IMG/VR virus record: IMGVR_UViG_2703718815_000003
From: a virus
Lineage: Duplodnaviria; Heunggongvirae; Uroviricota; Caudoviricetes
Reading direction: 5' to 3' (one strand)
DNA length: 64,000 bases
Both the position numbers and the translations under genes were made by a program. Shown piece by piece: positions 49,435-59,418 of the stretch; positions within the stretch are counted from its first letter, which is position 1; every line of letters starts with the position of its first letter. Under the pieces are notes generated by a model. It saw only the letters and a list, made by a program, of their open reading frames with translations, searched no databases and was not told where the DNA came from.

Positions 49435-49913
49435 TGTTGTTTTGCCTCCATATGTTGATCGATTTGCTCATGTGTTTCTTTTGTTGTTTCTTCAAGCAAC
49501 GCCGCATACACGTCAGTGATCGCTGTTTGTGATGTGGTGCTCTTCTTAACCATGCTATTAATCGTTACACTGTCACGTTTTCGTTTTATAGTTCTGGCTT
49601 GTTTATTCCGTTCTTCAACCTCCTTAATGAGCGCGGTCATATCTTCGAAATACAGAGATTCTCCTTTACGAATCTCTTCAACCATCATTTTTAACGCCTT
49701 GCATTTGCCTGCTTTGATAGCGGTTGCGCACGACTGGAATGAAGTTCGAGGAAGACGATTTTCTTTGAAGGCAAGAATGGTGTGCTGGCAAACGGAGTAG
49801 CTGCAATATGCCGACTCACCGTTTATCTTTACTTCCTCACAACGAAGTGAATAACCATTATTTCCTGAAATAGAAGGGATTTTTGACAAATCAGCTTTCA
49901 CAACTACCGCCAT
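49431..49913 (-). CDS. hypothetical protein
   Basis: 160-aa ORF, Cys-containing N-terminal half and basic C-terminal half. Confidence 0.4.
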   Translation of the reverse strand: MAVVVKADLSKIPSISGNNGYSLRCEEVKINGESAYCSYSVCQHTILAFKENRLPRTSFQSCATAIKAGKCKALKMMVEEIRKGESLYFEDMTALIKEVEERNKQARTIKRKRDSVTINSMVKKSTTSQTAITDVYAALLEETTKETHEQIDQHMEAKQQ

Positions 49914-49968
49914 AAATAATCTTGTACTTACCTATCGTTATTTGCGTAAAAAACGACGCGCGGAGAGA

Positions 49969-50745
49969 TTACCAACTTCCCCAGCTAACCATCTTGCGCT
50001 GATTGCTTTCTAAGCGATAGGGGACAAGAAGCTCTGTGACATGATTGGTGGCGTATGATTTGGCCTCTTGCTCTATCATCGGTAATTCGTTAGCAATCCT
50101 GACCACCTTCCAAGCAAATTCCGCCATTACGCCATCACATGCCTTCCCAGCATCAATAACGATATGCACCAGATCCAACTGGCTTTTGCACATGTCGCAA
50201 AGAGACGCATACTCACTCTCTCTGATTACATTTACGGCATCATTAGCCCCTTTATTAAGCAAGACTTCCAACAGGTTTTTCGGGGTAACGAAATCTGCTT
50301 TCAGAGATAATGTCTTTTCACCACTTATCGAACGCAAGTACTCTTCGTAGTTATTCTTCATCAAACCGCTGCTGCGCATTGCTAGAACTGCTTCTTGAAT
50401 GGCCGCTTCAATAGTTTCGTCGTTTGAAAGACAAAAAACGGTATTTGTGTAGATCACTTTGCCATCCATCCATGCACCAACCTGCACTTTAAGACTGAGC
50501 GGGTTTTCTTTGCTAATAAAAACAACTAATGCAGAACGCCGTGCACAAGAAGGTTCACCCCATACGTGTAACTCAACTTTCAGATAAGGTAGCCCTGGTA
50601 GCGGGATCTCAACCAAACGAGTGGCGATATGATCCATTGCTGTTTTTACCGCTTTTTCAATGATGTCTAGTCGATTGCTCTCGCTGATTTCTAAACCAGT
50701 TTTATCAATGATGTCGCAGGCTAATTTCTGAATTTCGTCTTTCAT
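49969..50745 (-). CDS. hypothetical protein
   Basis: 258-aa ORF. Confidence 0.4.
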   Translation of the reverse strand: MKDEIQKLACDIIDKTGLEISESNRLDIIEKAVKTAMDHIATRLVEIPLPGLPYLKVELHVWGEPSCARRSALVVFISKENPLSLKVQVGAWMDGKVIYTNTVFCLSNDETIEAAIQEAVLAMRSSGLMKNNYEEYLRSISGEKTLSLKADFVTPKNLLEVLLNKGANDAVNVIRESEYASLCDMCKSQLDLVHIVIDAGKACDGVMAEFAWKVVRIANELPMIEQEAKSYATNHVTELLVPYRLESNQRKMVSWGSW

Positions 50746-50820
50746 ACCAACTCCTAGCTAACAGATGAAAGTATTCTTACAGAAAGATAAGTAATCATCT
50801 ACTTATTTTAGCGGCACTTG

Positions 50821-52074
50821 TTACGATAGCGCCTTAATGCCCAAAACCTTGCTTTGCAACTCCAACTGTTTGGTATACGGTTTTGCCCGATAATAGGCTT
50901 TGATAATTTGTTCTGGCGTTGCATCGCCTGGGTCGAGTCCTTCCTCGCCCAAACATGCTACTTTGACATTAAGACCAATACTGGTCAGTCGCCTGGCTGC
51001 GGCCATAGTGTTGCGTATAGCTTGCTTTTCACTATCCCACATCATGATCACATTACGTAATCCACGCGCCTTGAGCGTCAGGAACGCGCCCAACTGATCT
51101 TCTGCATCCTGAGTGGTGTTACCAGATAGATGCATCCCGAACGTTCCTATCGGTTCCACGTAATCACGTAATGTTTCTTCATCAAAAATAGCTCGTTTAA
51201 CTCCCATAACATCGAACGCCCCCTCACAGACAACTACAGTCTGTTTGCCGACCGCATTATGGCCGTTGTAGAGAAACTTACCTGAAGCTGGAAGCTGCAT
51301 AGGAAAGAGGTAGCGACGTTCAGCTGTACCGGTAATGTCTCGCCCCTGAAATGTCTTCATTACCCCATCCAGATCGTAAACCGGTATCAGTATTCGCATA
51401 TCGAATATCTGTCCTTTAACCTGATCTGTATACGGATCTACATAAGCGTGCTTGCCTTCGACGCAGTATCGTAGGTCAAAATACTTTGCCATTTCAGGTG
51501 ATATGTTTCGTTCAACCAGATAGTCTGGAAGACGGCCATCTATAGGAAGCTCGTAATGACGAGGGAGTGCAACTGGCCCCTCTAACTCGACTGTGCTTGC
51601 AAGCACTAGCTCTTCTTTCTTTGGTGCCCACCCCTGGGAAAGAAGGGCGTTCTGCACATATTCCTCGAACTGTCGTCGTGATTTGCCGCTGTAGTGCTTG
51701 AGGAAGACCAGCTTATTGAACTGAATCTCTTCGGGATGATCACCAGCGAAGCATTTACCGACGCCACTGGTCAGATTGAAATATACCTTCCAGTTGGAGC
51801 TGCCGCATACCGGACACTCTTTGATATTCACTTCACGACCGCGAGCACTCACGCCTCCACGTCGATAAACGATACCTTCAGTATCCAACCATTGTTCAAA
51901 ATCTAATTCGGCAATTAGCTCTTTCAGCTCGCTCACGATAATTCCACTTTTAACAGGCAATATTGTGACCAACCTAAATGTTGATATAACATAAAGGCTC
52001 ATGTGTTTTTCTTTTGTGGTTTGGCAAAAGAAAAGTTGTTTCACCAATGAATCAAGCGTGGAGGTGTTCTCCAC
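50821..52074 (-). CDS. DNA primase (zinc-ribbon + TOPRIM)
   Basis: CPVCGSS...GKCFAGDH zinc-binding segment; TOPRIM VVVCEGAFDVMGV and later IMMWDSE. Confidence 0.7.
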   Translation of the reverse strand: MENTSTLDSLVKQLFFCQTTKEKHMSLYVISTFRLVTILPVKSGIIVSELKELIAELDFEQWLDTEGIVYRRGGVSARGREVNIKECPVCGSSNWKVYFNLTSGVGKCFAGDHPEEIQFNKLVFLKHYSGKSRRQFEEYVQNALLSQGWAPKKEELVLASTVELEGPVALPRHYELPIDGRLPDYLVERNISPEMAKYFDLRYCVEGKHAYVDPYTDQVKGQIFDMRILIPVYDLDGVMKTFQGRDITGTAERRYLFPMQLPASGKFLYNGHNAVGKQTVVVCEGAFDVMGVKRAIFDEETLRDYVEPIGTFGMHLSGNTTQDAEDQLGAFLTLKARGLRNVIMMWDSEKQAIRNTMAAARRLTSIGLNVKVACLGEEGLDPGDATPEQIIKAYYRAKPYTKQLELQSKVLGIKALS

Positions 52075-52083
52075 GCTTATTTT

Positions 52084-53424
52084 TTAGGTAACGTCTAAGA
52101 TTCGCTCAATGAAGCGCATTTGTTCGAGGTTTTGTTTAACGCGAATGCTGATCCCTCCCTGCTGGTTACGCGAACCAGCAAAGTAGAGACGAGCCTCTCC
52201 TTTCGCTTCTTCTTCTTCGGTTTTGTTGATCGTTATTACCAGGTCAGCAATACGTACTTTTTCGATGTTGTCGGCAGCGTGCATCATTGTGGCAACTTCT
52301 GACGCGCCACCTTCACGGTTTGTTTGCGATGCTGTGATACCAGCAACGTTGTGTTTGTCATAAAGAGCACGTAAATCGGTGTAGATACTACGAATGTTGG
52401 CGCGATCATCACGAAGGTCATAACTGGCACGCATCAAATCTGCGTAGTCGACAACAAGCATGTCAGGCACCATGCCATTGGCTTTCATGCTGTTAAGCAT
52501 ACGGTCCAGATCTGCCGGTGACATACTTCCTGACGGACGCTCAACAACCCACAAACTACCAATCCCCTTAGTGGCTCCCAACTCTGCCAACTTACGATGA
52601 ACTTCATCGCGCCGTTCCACCAGCTTGGACATTTCCGTCTCCGACAATCTTGCATCAAAGCGGTCGGACAAAATGTTGGTGTGAACCTCCAGCGAGAGAT
52701 ACAGAACATTGTAGCCAGCAAGCGTTGCGTTTATGGAAAACTCACCCATTGCGGTCGATTTACCGGATTTAGCGAACCCCATGAAAAGCACCATTTCGCG
52801 CTTTGCCCAGCCTTTTTGGTACAGCAACCTATCGAGAAGAGGGAGTCCTGTTGTAATACTGTTTGGTACATACTCCTCTGAAGCCTCATATTCACGCGCT
52901 TTCAATCGCTCACTTGCGGAGGTGTAGTAGTCATAGATTCCGGTCGCTTCGTTCGATCCAATCTGCTGAACCTTGGCCATGATTGCCATCGCCCCCTGAA
53001 AGTCGCCTTTCTCTTTCAGTTCAGCAGCCTTAATCAGAGCATCATCAAACGCTACGCTTTTTGCGAAGGTTGATACCTGGTCAACCATGTACGAGGTATC
53101 GGACAATTTTTCTGCAAGGATGCGCTTAAACGCAGCAACAACATCGGCGAATAGTTCCTCACGGATAGTCTTATCGCGTTTCGCACGCTTAAGCATATCC
53201 AGAATTGCAGATGAAGAGGGCGCGCTCTTGTACATACGGTAATAGCCCGAAACCATATTAACCAATATGGCATTGGCCGCATTGGCAAATTGGCTAGGCA
53301 CAACCAGATCTCCCGCACGAGTAAGAAACTCGTGATCACGACAAAAATATGCCGTCAGTCTGTTCTGGAAATCTTCATCAAACTCTTCGGACAGCCCGCG
53401 TCCTGTATGGCAAAGTTCGGTCAT
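52084..53424 (-). CDS. replicative DNA helicase, DnaB family
   Basis: Walker A GFAKSGKST in C-terminal RecA-like domain, N-terminal helical domain; adjacent to primase. Confidence 0.7.
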   Translation of the reverse strand: MTELCHTGRGLSEEFDEDFQNRLTAYFCRDHEFLTRAGDLVVPSQFANAANAILVNMVSGYYRMYKSAPSSSAILDMLKRAKRDKTIREELFADVVAAFKRILAEKLSDTSYMVDQVSTFAKSVAFDDALIKAAELKEKGDFQGAMAIMAKVQQIGSNEATGIYDYYTSASERLKAREYEASEEYVPNSITTGLPLLDRLLYQKGWAKREMVLFMGFAKSGKSTAMGEFSINATLAGYNVLYLSLEVHTNILSDRFDARLSETEMSKLVERRDEVHRKLAELGATKGIGSLWVVERPSGSMSPADLDRMLNSMKANGMVPDMLVVDYADLMRASYDLRDDRANIRSIYTDLRALYDKHNVAGITASQTNREGGASEVATMMHAADNIEKVRIADLVITINKTEEEEAKGEARLYFAGSRNQQGGISIRVKQNLEQMRFIERILDVT

Positions 53425-53467
53425 GTGCTTTCCTTTGTTTTTTAAACAAATTGTTTTCTAGTATTAG

Positions 53468-54217
53468 TTAATTAGATAGGGGATCAATAAACCGCCGTGC
53501 TTCTTCCAGTTCTTCTGGAAAGTGGGCGGAAATAAGGCGCTCTGGAACGATTTCCATTAGCCAGATAGCGGAGAAAATTGCGCGTATGCGCTTGCTGCGG
53601 GGGATGGTGCGTAAACGCTCCAGAATCCACTCAAAATAGCTTTCCTGGATCGGGTTGAACTGCATGTCTCCTATATGCTTAAAGCTAACCAGAGAGTCAT
53701 CCAGACGGGTTGTTGCGCGTCTGGCTAATTTCTCTTCAAATATCTCAATCAGTTCTGGCTGCCACAAATGCTGTGGGCGAGGCAGCTTGTCCCACAGACG
53801 TCGTGCAGCTGCGGAAAGAACGGTGGAGATAAAGTAGTCGTATGAGCAGCAATAGCGGTCAGCAAACTGGCGTGCTTTCCATAGCGACGTTTTATTGGCA
53901 GTCGACAACTCCTGATAAGGCAGGCGTTTTAACCCGGTGGTGAACGGAGCTGTTTCAAAGTGTTCGCGACCGTGCGTCAGCATGATATTTGAGTACTGAC
54001 GTTTGTATGCCTCCGTAAACAGACAGGTGGCCATAAGAGGATGCATGTCGCGGTAATCAAACCACTTCGTATCGAAGAGTTCAGCCTCGTCTTTGCAGCG
54101 CGACAAACCAATGTTTTCAGCAACCCACTTATCCATAACAGCGGTATTCCACTCTGTCATGAAGTCGTACTGGTCGTTGTCGATGGTGTCGAAAAAGATT
54201 TGGCTCATGTGGCTCAC
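53468..54217 (-). CDS. hypothetical protein (position suggests helicase-associated function)
   Basis: 249-aa ORF immediately upstream of the helicase gene. Confidence 0.35.
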   Translation of the reverse strand: MSHMSQIFFDTIDNDQYDFMTEWNTAVMDKWVAENIGLSRCKDEAELFDTKWFDYRDMHPLMATCLFTEAYKRQYSNIMLTHGREHFETAPFTTGLKRLPYQELSTANKTSLWKARQFADRYCCSYDYFISTVLSAAARRLWDKLPRPQHLWQPELIEIFEEKLARRATTRLDDSLVSFKHIGDMQFNPIQESYFEWILERLRTIPRSKRIRAIFSAIWLMEIVPERLISAHFPEELEEARRFIDPLSN

Positions 54218-54317
54218 CTGGTAGGTAGTTACTTACTTATCACAATGAGCTGATGATAGCGATTGGTGGCAGTTTTTGGAAGTGGAAACGGAAGGGAGTT
54301 GTTCTGGTGGGTATCTT

Positions 54318-54372
54318 TTGAAAGACCTGCTTCCGTATATTTAATAAGTTACTTATTATTTATATACAGAAA
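54318..54372. repeat. 57-bp palindromic element, copy 2
   Basis: cctgcttccgtatat ... atatacagaaacagg; near-identical to 8995..9052. Confidence 0.6.
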
Positions 54373-54386
54373 CAGGTCATGAATAC

Positions 54387-56090
54387 TTAATTATTAAGCA
54401 ATCTGCTCACACGTAGTTTGTTAAGACTTGATCTAGAGGCCAGTTTCGTTAATGCACCTATTGCTTTATTCGTGATTTTTTGCTGTTCTTCTGTTAGTTC
54501 TTGCATACTTTTGAATCTGAGCAACCCCTTTCTCACTAAATCCAAAGCATCCTGATTGCGGGATAATATCCACTTTAAATAATCATCTTCAGAGAAACTG
54601 TTAAGATATGCTATGTCACTATGATTAAATTTGCCTTCAATTATTTTGTATAAAACATTCTCTAAATTAGTCTCTTCAGGCTTCTTATTCATCAATTTTT
54701 TTTGAATTAGCAGACCTAACTTTTCGTTACCAAATATCTCTACATACAAATTCCGAAAAGCAGTATAAGCATCATCTTGGCTAACAAAGGCATCTGCATA
54801 TGCCTCTATATAACTATCACAATCAATCTCCAATCTATTTAAGATATCAATCAAGCCTATGAAGTGAGCAACAGGTATGTGTGAAAGATTGTCGTTAATT
54901 ACACATTTTATCTTAGAAATAAACTCAGATTCATTGTCCTTGAATGAGTCACTAAAAATATCCCAAACATTGTTAACCTCACATAAAGCCTTGTGTTCTT
55001 TATATTGTTTATTTTTTTCTTCTATTATACCTCGAATATTGCTTTCAGTAGAAAGATAACCATTCTTGAGATAAAAATCTATGTCATCATCGAAAGCAAT
55101 TTCCGCTCGTTCATAAATAATATCAAGACTATTAATAAATGAATATACAGAATCATCCTTTTTATCATCTAACATGTAATCAAATACATGTATGTTTTTA
55201 ATTGATTCTTTAAACAAGGCATAATCAACACCTGGAACACCAGAATAGTAAACCACTGAAAACAGAACCAATCTATTGATAAAACTTTCTCTAACCTTAT
55301 CCTCTGCCAAGCTTAGCTCATTCCTAAGATTAACCAGAGATGTTTTTATTTTATTTAATATACGGATATTTTTAATGCCTAAGTCATTTGCTAAGACTTT
55401 TAACAAAAGAAAATCAGAATCAGTTTCATAAAAAACTTTACGTAAGTTCTTCTCAGGCGTAGGATCGTATTTTATTTCGACATCAATTACTTTTTCTCTG
55501 TACTCTAAAAACTGTTTTTTTGCAGTTTCATCATGTAAATTATCTTCATTTAAAATTAGAACAACTTTGCAGCCTTTTCTTCTTGCCAATTCATCAATTA
55601 CCCCCATAATTTCTTTAACTTCTAGCGAATTACCTTTTCTTTCAACATCATCAATACAAACCAAATAATTATTAACAAATTTATACTCAAGAGATGACAG
55701 CAGGTTATCTGTTTTGAACCCAAAAAAATCGTTCTTTCCGAAATGTATTAAAAATTTTGACAAGGAGTTGTATTTCAACCATCCCAAAAACCCATTTCTA
55801 TAACGAATCATAGTTCGATCCGTTTCAGATAAAATTAGTTCTTTATATTTCTTTTCATTAATTGGTGTGGCACAATGATAAAGAGCTTTTTTAATATCAC
55901 CAATAGAGTTAACCCCAAACAAAGAAACATACGAATATGCATTAAAATCTAATCCTTCAGAATGCTTAGTATAAAAACTATTCCAATAATGAGTTTTACC
56001 AACGCCCCAATCTCCTTTTATGACGGCAACCCGATGATCTGAAACTAGAAAATTTTTTAGAAATGATTCTATCGATTCCATTAGTATCAA
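54387..56090 (-). CDS. KAP-family P-loop NTPase
   Basis: KAP-type Walker A GDWGVGKT and Walker B-like LVCIDDVER; gene markedly more AT-rich than neighbours. Confidence 0.6.
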   Translation of the reverse strand: MILMESIESFLKNFLVSDHRVAVIKGDWGVGKTHYWNSFYTKHSEGLDFNAYSYVSLFGVNSIGDIKKALYHCATPINEKKYKELILSETDRTMIRYRNGFLGWLKYNSLSKFLIHFGKNDFFGFKTDNLLSSLEYKFVNNYLVCIDDVERKGNSLEVKEIMGVIDELARRKGCKVVLILNEDNLHDETAKKQFLEYREKVIDVEIKYDPTPEKNLRKVFYETDSDFLLLKVLANDLGIKNIRILNKIKTSLVNLRNELSLAEDKVRESFINRLVLFSVVYYSGVPGVDYALFKESIKNIHVFDYMLDDKKDDSVYSFINSLDIIYERAEIAFDDDIDFYLKNGYLSTESNIRGIIEEKNKQYKEHKALCEVNNVWDIFSDSFKDNESEFISKIKCVINDNLSHIPVAHFIGLIDILNRLEIDCDSYIEAYADAFVSQDDAYTAFRNLYVEIFGNEKLGLLIQKKLMNKKPEETNLENVLYKIIEGKFNHSDIAYLNSFSEDDYLKWILSRNQDALDLVRKGLLRFKSMQELTEEQQKITNKAIGALTKLASRSSLNKLRVSRLLNN

Positions 56091-56102
56091 TCCTTTAATT
56101 CA

Positions 56103-56129
56103 TATATTGGGCGTAACAAACGCCCAATA
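56103..56129. repeat. hairpin/palindrome between parG-like gene and KAP NTPase gene
   Basis: atattgggcg-taacaaa-cgcccaatat 10-bp inverted repeat. Confidence 0.5.
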
Positions 56130-56132
56130 TAA

Positions 56133-56492
56133 TCAACCTTTCTTCATCAACTCTCGTTTAATTTCATCGGTACGCATCGTAACGTCGGCAGCTGTGATCG
56201 CCTCGTTAAGCTTCACGATGTCCTCGATTTCCTGCGGTGACTTCTCTGCCAGATGGAAAATGGCTGCTCGAATCACGTCAGAACGAGTGAACTTCTCGAA
56301 GCGAGGGATGAACTTCATCATCTCCAGCAGTTCGAAGTATTCGTCCTCCAGTGACATTGTGCGGCTTTTAATTTTCTCTTTGCCACGAGTCGGGCGTCCC
56401 TGTGGTCTGACTGGTTGGCGCAAAGGAGTTGTGTTCTTAGCCGGTGCATCAGGCTCTTTGCGCTTTGCTAGGTCACCCATTTTCATGGACAT
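56133..56492 (-). CDS. ParG/ParB-like small partition protein (RHH-type, tentative)
   Basis: 119 aa; basic disordered N-terminus, C-terminal strand-helix-helix-like segment; start overlaps parA stop. Confidence 0.45.
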   Translation of the reverse strand: MSMKMGDLAKRKEPDAPAKNTTPLRQPVRPQGRPTRGKEKIKSRTMSLEDEYFELLEMMKFIPRFEKFTRSDVIRAAIFHLAEKSPQEIEDIVKLNEAITAADVTMRTDEIKRELMKKG

Positions 56493-57160
56493 TATTCTTC
56501 TTCCTCCAGACTCAACAGATAATCTACAAATTCTTCAAACTCGGCTTCCGCCTTTTTGTCGCGCTCGCTACCGGTCATTTCAAAGATAGAACGACCAGAC
56601 TCTTCCGCATCATCATAGACGTTGCGGTTATATAGATTGACTGGCGCAGACTCGATTCCAAACGTCTCAACAATCTCTTTAGCCGCCAGAATGCGAGACA
56701 CTTGTGATGGCAAAGCCGGGCACTGGTTCATGACCGCGCGGACCTTCACTTTATCGTTTACATTGCGAACATTGTCGATAATAGGATCGATGTCACGTAA
56801 AGATTTCAAATCACGACGCTTAGGACGCAGCGGGATAATGATAACGTCAGCCATCAGCATCGCTTGTCGCTGAATTTCGGAGTCGAAGCCACCAGCATCT
56901 ACCACTACAAACTCAGCTCTACCCTGAAGCGATTTTAGGTGCTTAATGATGTCATCCTGAACGTATGCAAAAGGAATCAGCTCAAGGTCTTCGTTCTGTC
57001 GACGGTCTTCACACCAGCTCGTTGTCGTGCGCTGAATATCTATATCGGTAATATAAACCTTCTTCTTCTTTTTGACTTTCAGGCAAACGGCAATTTGCTG
57101 GGCAACGGTGGATTTGCCAGGCCCGCCCTTTGTGCCGCCAACCACAAAGATCTTGGTCAT
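56492..57160 (-). CDS. parA: ParA-family partition ATPase (small type Ib)
   Basis: deviant Walker A VVGGTKGGPGKST, Walker B FVVVDAGG. Confidence 0.8.
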   Translation of the reverse strand: MTKIFVVGGTKGGPGKSTVAQQIAVCLKVKKKKKVYITDIDIQRTTTSWCEDRRQNEDLELIPFAYVQDDIIKHLKSLQGRAEFVVVDAGGFDSEIQRQAMLMADVIIIPLRPKRRDLKSLRDIDPIIDNVRNVNDKVKVRAVMNQCPALPSQVSRILAAKEIVETFGIESAPVNLYNRNVYDDAEESGRSIFEMTGSERDKKAEAEFEEFVDYLLSLEEEE

Positions 57161-57478
57161 TGGAGAGTTCCCTTTGCGTATATAATTATCGTCTGAAACA
57201 ACTTGTTTTCTTATATGTGATATAGCCTAAATGCCTACGGCTGCGGTGTAAAGGTTAAATGGTAGGTTGTGATTAACAATTGGCAATCATAGCTTGTATT
57301 TGTCTGTTGAAAAAAGTAACAATGACCTCTATATTACAAGTACGGTGATATGCCGTACACAATTTGATAATGCACACGTAATGGGCTATAGCCTTTTAAA
57401 GTAATTTTTGAGTCGAAAACTCAGTTTGAACAGAGGAGATTGATGGCCTTCCTACATCACGGCCATCAGGAGGAATAC

Positions 57479-57748
57479 ATGTCAGCACTAAAAAAGCAGC
57501 GCATCGATTTGAGATTAACCGATGACGATAAAAGCATCATCGAGGAAGCTGCCGCAATGTCTAACCAGAGCATTACTCAGTTTATGGTTAGCAGTGCATC
57601 TGAACGTGCCGTGAAAGTTATAGAGCAACACCGTAGACTAGTTCTGAATGAAGAATCCTGGAATCTGGTTATGGACGCTATAAGCAATCCTCCGGCACCG
57701 AACGACAAGCTGAAACGAGCTGCTGATCGTCTGAAAAGCATGGAGTAG
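57479..57748 (+). CDS. TacA-like RHH antitoxin
   Basis: 89 aa from internal ATG 57479 with AGGAGG RBS; MSALKKQRIDLRLTDDDKSIIEEAA... matches GNAT-associated antitoxins. Confidence 0.65.
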   Translation: MSALKKQRIDLRLTDDDKSIIEEAAAMSNQSITQFMVSSASERAVKVIEQHRRLVLNEESWNLVMDAISNPPAPNDKLKRAADRLKSME

Positions 57749-57755
57749 TTTACTC

Positions 57756-58277
57756 GTGAGCAATACAACGATAGAGATTTTCTCTGGAGAGAAAGATTAT
57801 GATCTAAACGGTTTTGATTGCGGCGAAGAGTCACTAAACGCCTTTTTAGCCAACCACTTAAAAAGGCAGCATGAGGGAAAAATTCTTCGTGCTTATGTGC
57901 TTTGCACTCAAGAAGAAAGGCCAAAAGTGTTAGGATATTACACTTTGTCAGGTAGTTGTTTTGAAAAGGAGTCCTTACCTTCAAGAAGCAAACAAAAGAA
58001 GGTTCCTTATCGGAATGTTCCAAGTGTTACTTTGGGTAGGCTGGCTTTGGACAAGTCCCTTCAAGGTCAAGGATTTGGCTCAATGCTTGTAACACATGCA
58101 ATGCGCGTTGTGTACAATGCATCTCTTGCTGTAGGCATTCATGGACTTTTCGTTGAGGCGTTAAATGACAAAGCCAAGGCGTTTTATAAAAGTTTAGGCT
58201 TTATCCAGCTGGTTGGTAACAACGAGCGTTCTTTGTTCTATCCTACAAAATCTATCGAAAAATTGTTCGAAGAATAA
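57756..58277 (+). CDS. GNAT-family acetyltransferase toxin (TacT-like)
   Basis: 173 aa, GTG start 8 nt after antitoxin stop; acetyl-CoA motif QGQGFGSMLV. Confidence 0.7.
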   Translation: MSNTTIEIFSGEKDYDLNGFDCGEESLNAFLANHLKRQHEGKILRAYVLCTQEERPKVLGYYTLSGSCFEKESLPSRSKQKKVPYRNVPSVTLGRLALDKSLQGQGFGSMLVTHAMRVVYNASLAVGIHGLFVEALNDKAKAFYKSLGFIQLVGNNERSLFYPTKSIEKLFEE

Positions 58278-58445
58278 TGTGTTCCCCTCATTTGAGGGGA
58301 ACTTCGACATCACCAACCACAAACCCTCTCTCCCATCGTATTGTGAAAAAGGATTTGGCGTTCGGTTTCTTCAGTCATTACATCATTATTGCTGATATAG
58401 ATAGGCTCAGCCCCATCGCAGAACAACACGCTGGCTGTTTGTGGT

Positions 58446-58697
58446 TTAATGACGCACCCACTTATCATACAACTCACGATGAACGGCAGAAGCATCTTTC
58501 TGACGTATTTTACTGCTCGTCTCATTCACCACTTTCACTGTGTTTTGAAGTCGTTTTCTGTCTTCCTGTTTTGCCTTCTCTTCCATTGCTCGTCGCGCCG
58601 CATTCCCGCCCATCGTGTAAGCGCCGACAAGAACGAAAAGAACGGCAGCCAGCGTAATCAAAGCAACTTTTAGCTTTGTCATCAGGCTGCCTAGCAT
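58446..58697 (-). CDS. small membrane protein with coiled-coil (spanin- or holin-associated candidate)
   Basis: 83 aa, N-terminal TM helix then charged helix. Confidence 0.3.
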   Translation of the reverse strand: MLGSLMTKLKVALITLAAVLFVLVGAYTMGGNAARRAMEEKAKQEDRKRLQNTVKVVNETSSKIRQKDASAVHRELYDKWVRH

Positions 58698-58698
58698 A

Positions 58699-59418
58699 TT
58701 AGACCATCCCTTTCTGGTGTTTTCTTACCTGCGACCAGGCAATGAATCCTGCCACAACAATAGTGGCAATACCGAAGATGATGCGTACTGTATCCCCGCT
58801 AGAGATATGACCTTGTGCTTTATCCATAGCAGCGGAAACCTGCGGCATAACATCGGCCAGCTGCGCCAGACCAATACCTGCTGTAACAGTTGCGCCTGCG
58901 GTTTCTTTAGTTACAGGAACAGCCTTCACGGTTTTCACCGGCTTAACAACGCCAGCTCGACGCAGACCTTCCTCAATAACTTCTGCCGCATACCAGGTGT
59001 TCAGCGTTTTTAGCGGGCCTCGGCCATTCTCGTGGCGAATGATTGCCTCAACCAAAGGTCGAAGGATGTCGTAATCATGCAGATCGATGATCATGTCTGC
59101 GGTTACACCAACGGCTTTAGACACCTCATTAATGTAGGCGTCAGTATTGTTTTCATTCGGCGGTGCCCAGCGTTCAATAACTTCACGAATGGTATCGATA
59201 CTTGTGCCGTCTTTTGCGCGACGTTTATCGTGGTAGGTAATTAGAGTCACCGCCAGCGCACGAATCCCCCAAACAGGGTCTTTAAACGTGCAAAAGCGCG
59301 GTTCGTCTGGATTCGCAACCAGACCTTGCCACGGTGATCCTTTATCAAGATTACCGGGGTTATTATTACGAATGCCTCTCGGAGTCTTCATCCTTGATCT
59401 CCTGTTATTGCAGTCCAC
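58699..59418 (-). CDS. hypothetical protein with C-terminal transmembrane anchor (possible cell-wall-acting protein)
   Basis: 239 aa; conserved-looking GIRNNNPGNL motif; C-terminal hydrophobic helix. Confidence 0.3.
   Translation of the reverse strand: MDCNNRRSRMKTPRGIRNNNPGNLDKGSPWQGLVANPDEPRFCTFKDPVWGIRALAVTLITYHDKRRAKDGTSIDTIREVIERWAPPNENNTDAYINEVSKAVGVTADMIIDLHDYDILRPLVEAIIRHENGRGPLKTLNTWYAAEVIEEGLRRAGVVKPVKTVKAVPVTKETAGATVTAGIGLAQLADVMPQVSAAMDKAQGHISSGDTVRIIFGIATIVVAGFIAWSQVRKHQKGMV

Noticed and set aside
58699-59418. Confident endolysin call for the RNNNPGNL-motif protein
   Set aside because: No canonical lysozyme, amidase or transglycosylase catalytic signature could be identified by eye; only gene context with small membrane proteins suggests a lysis role, so it is listed as hypothetical.
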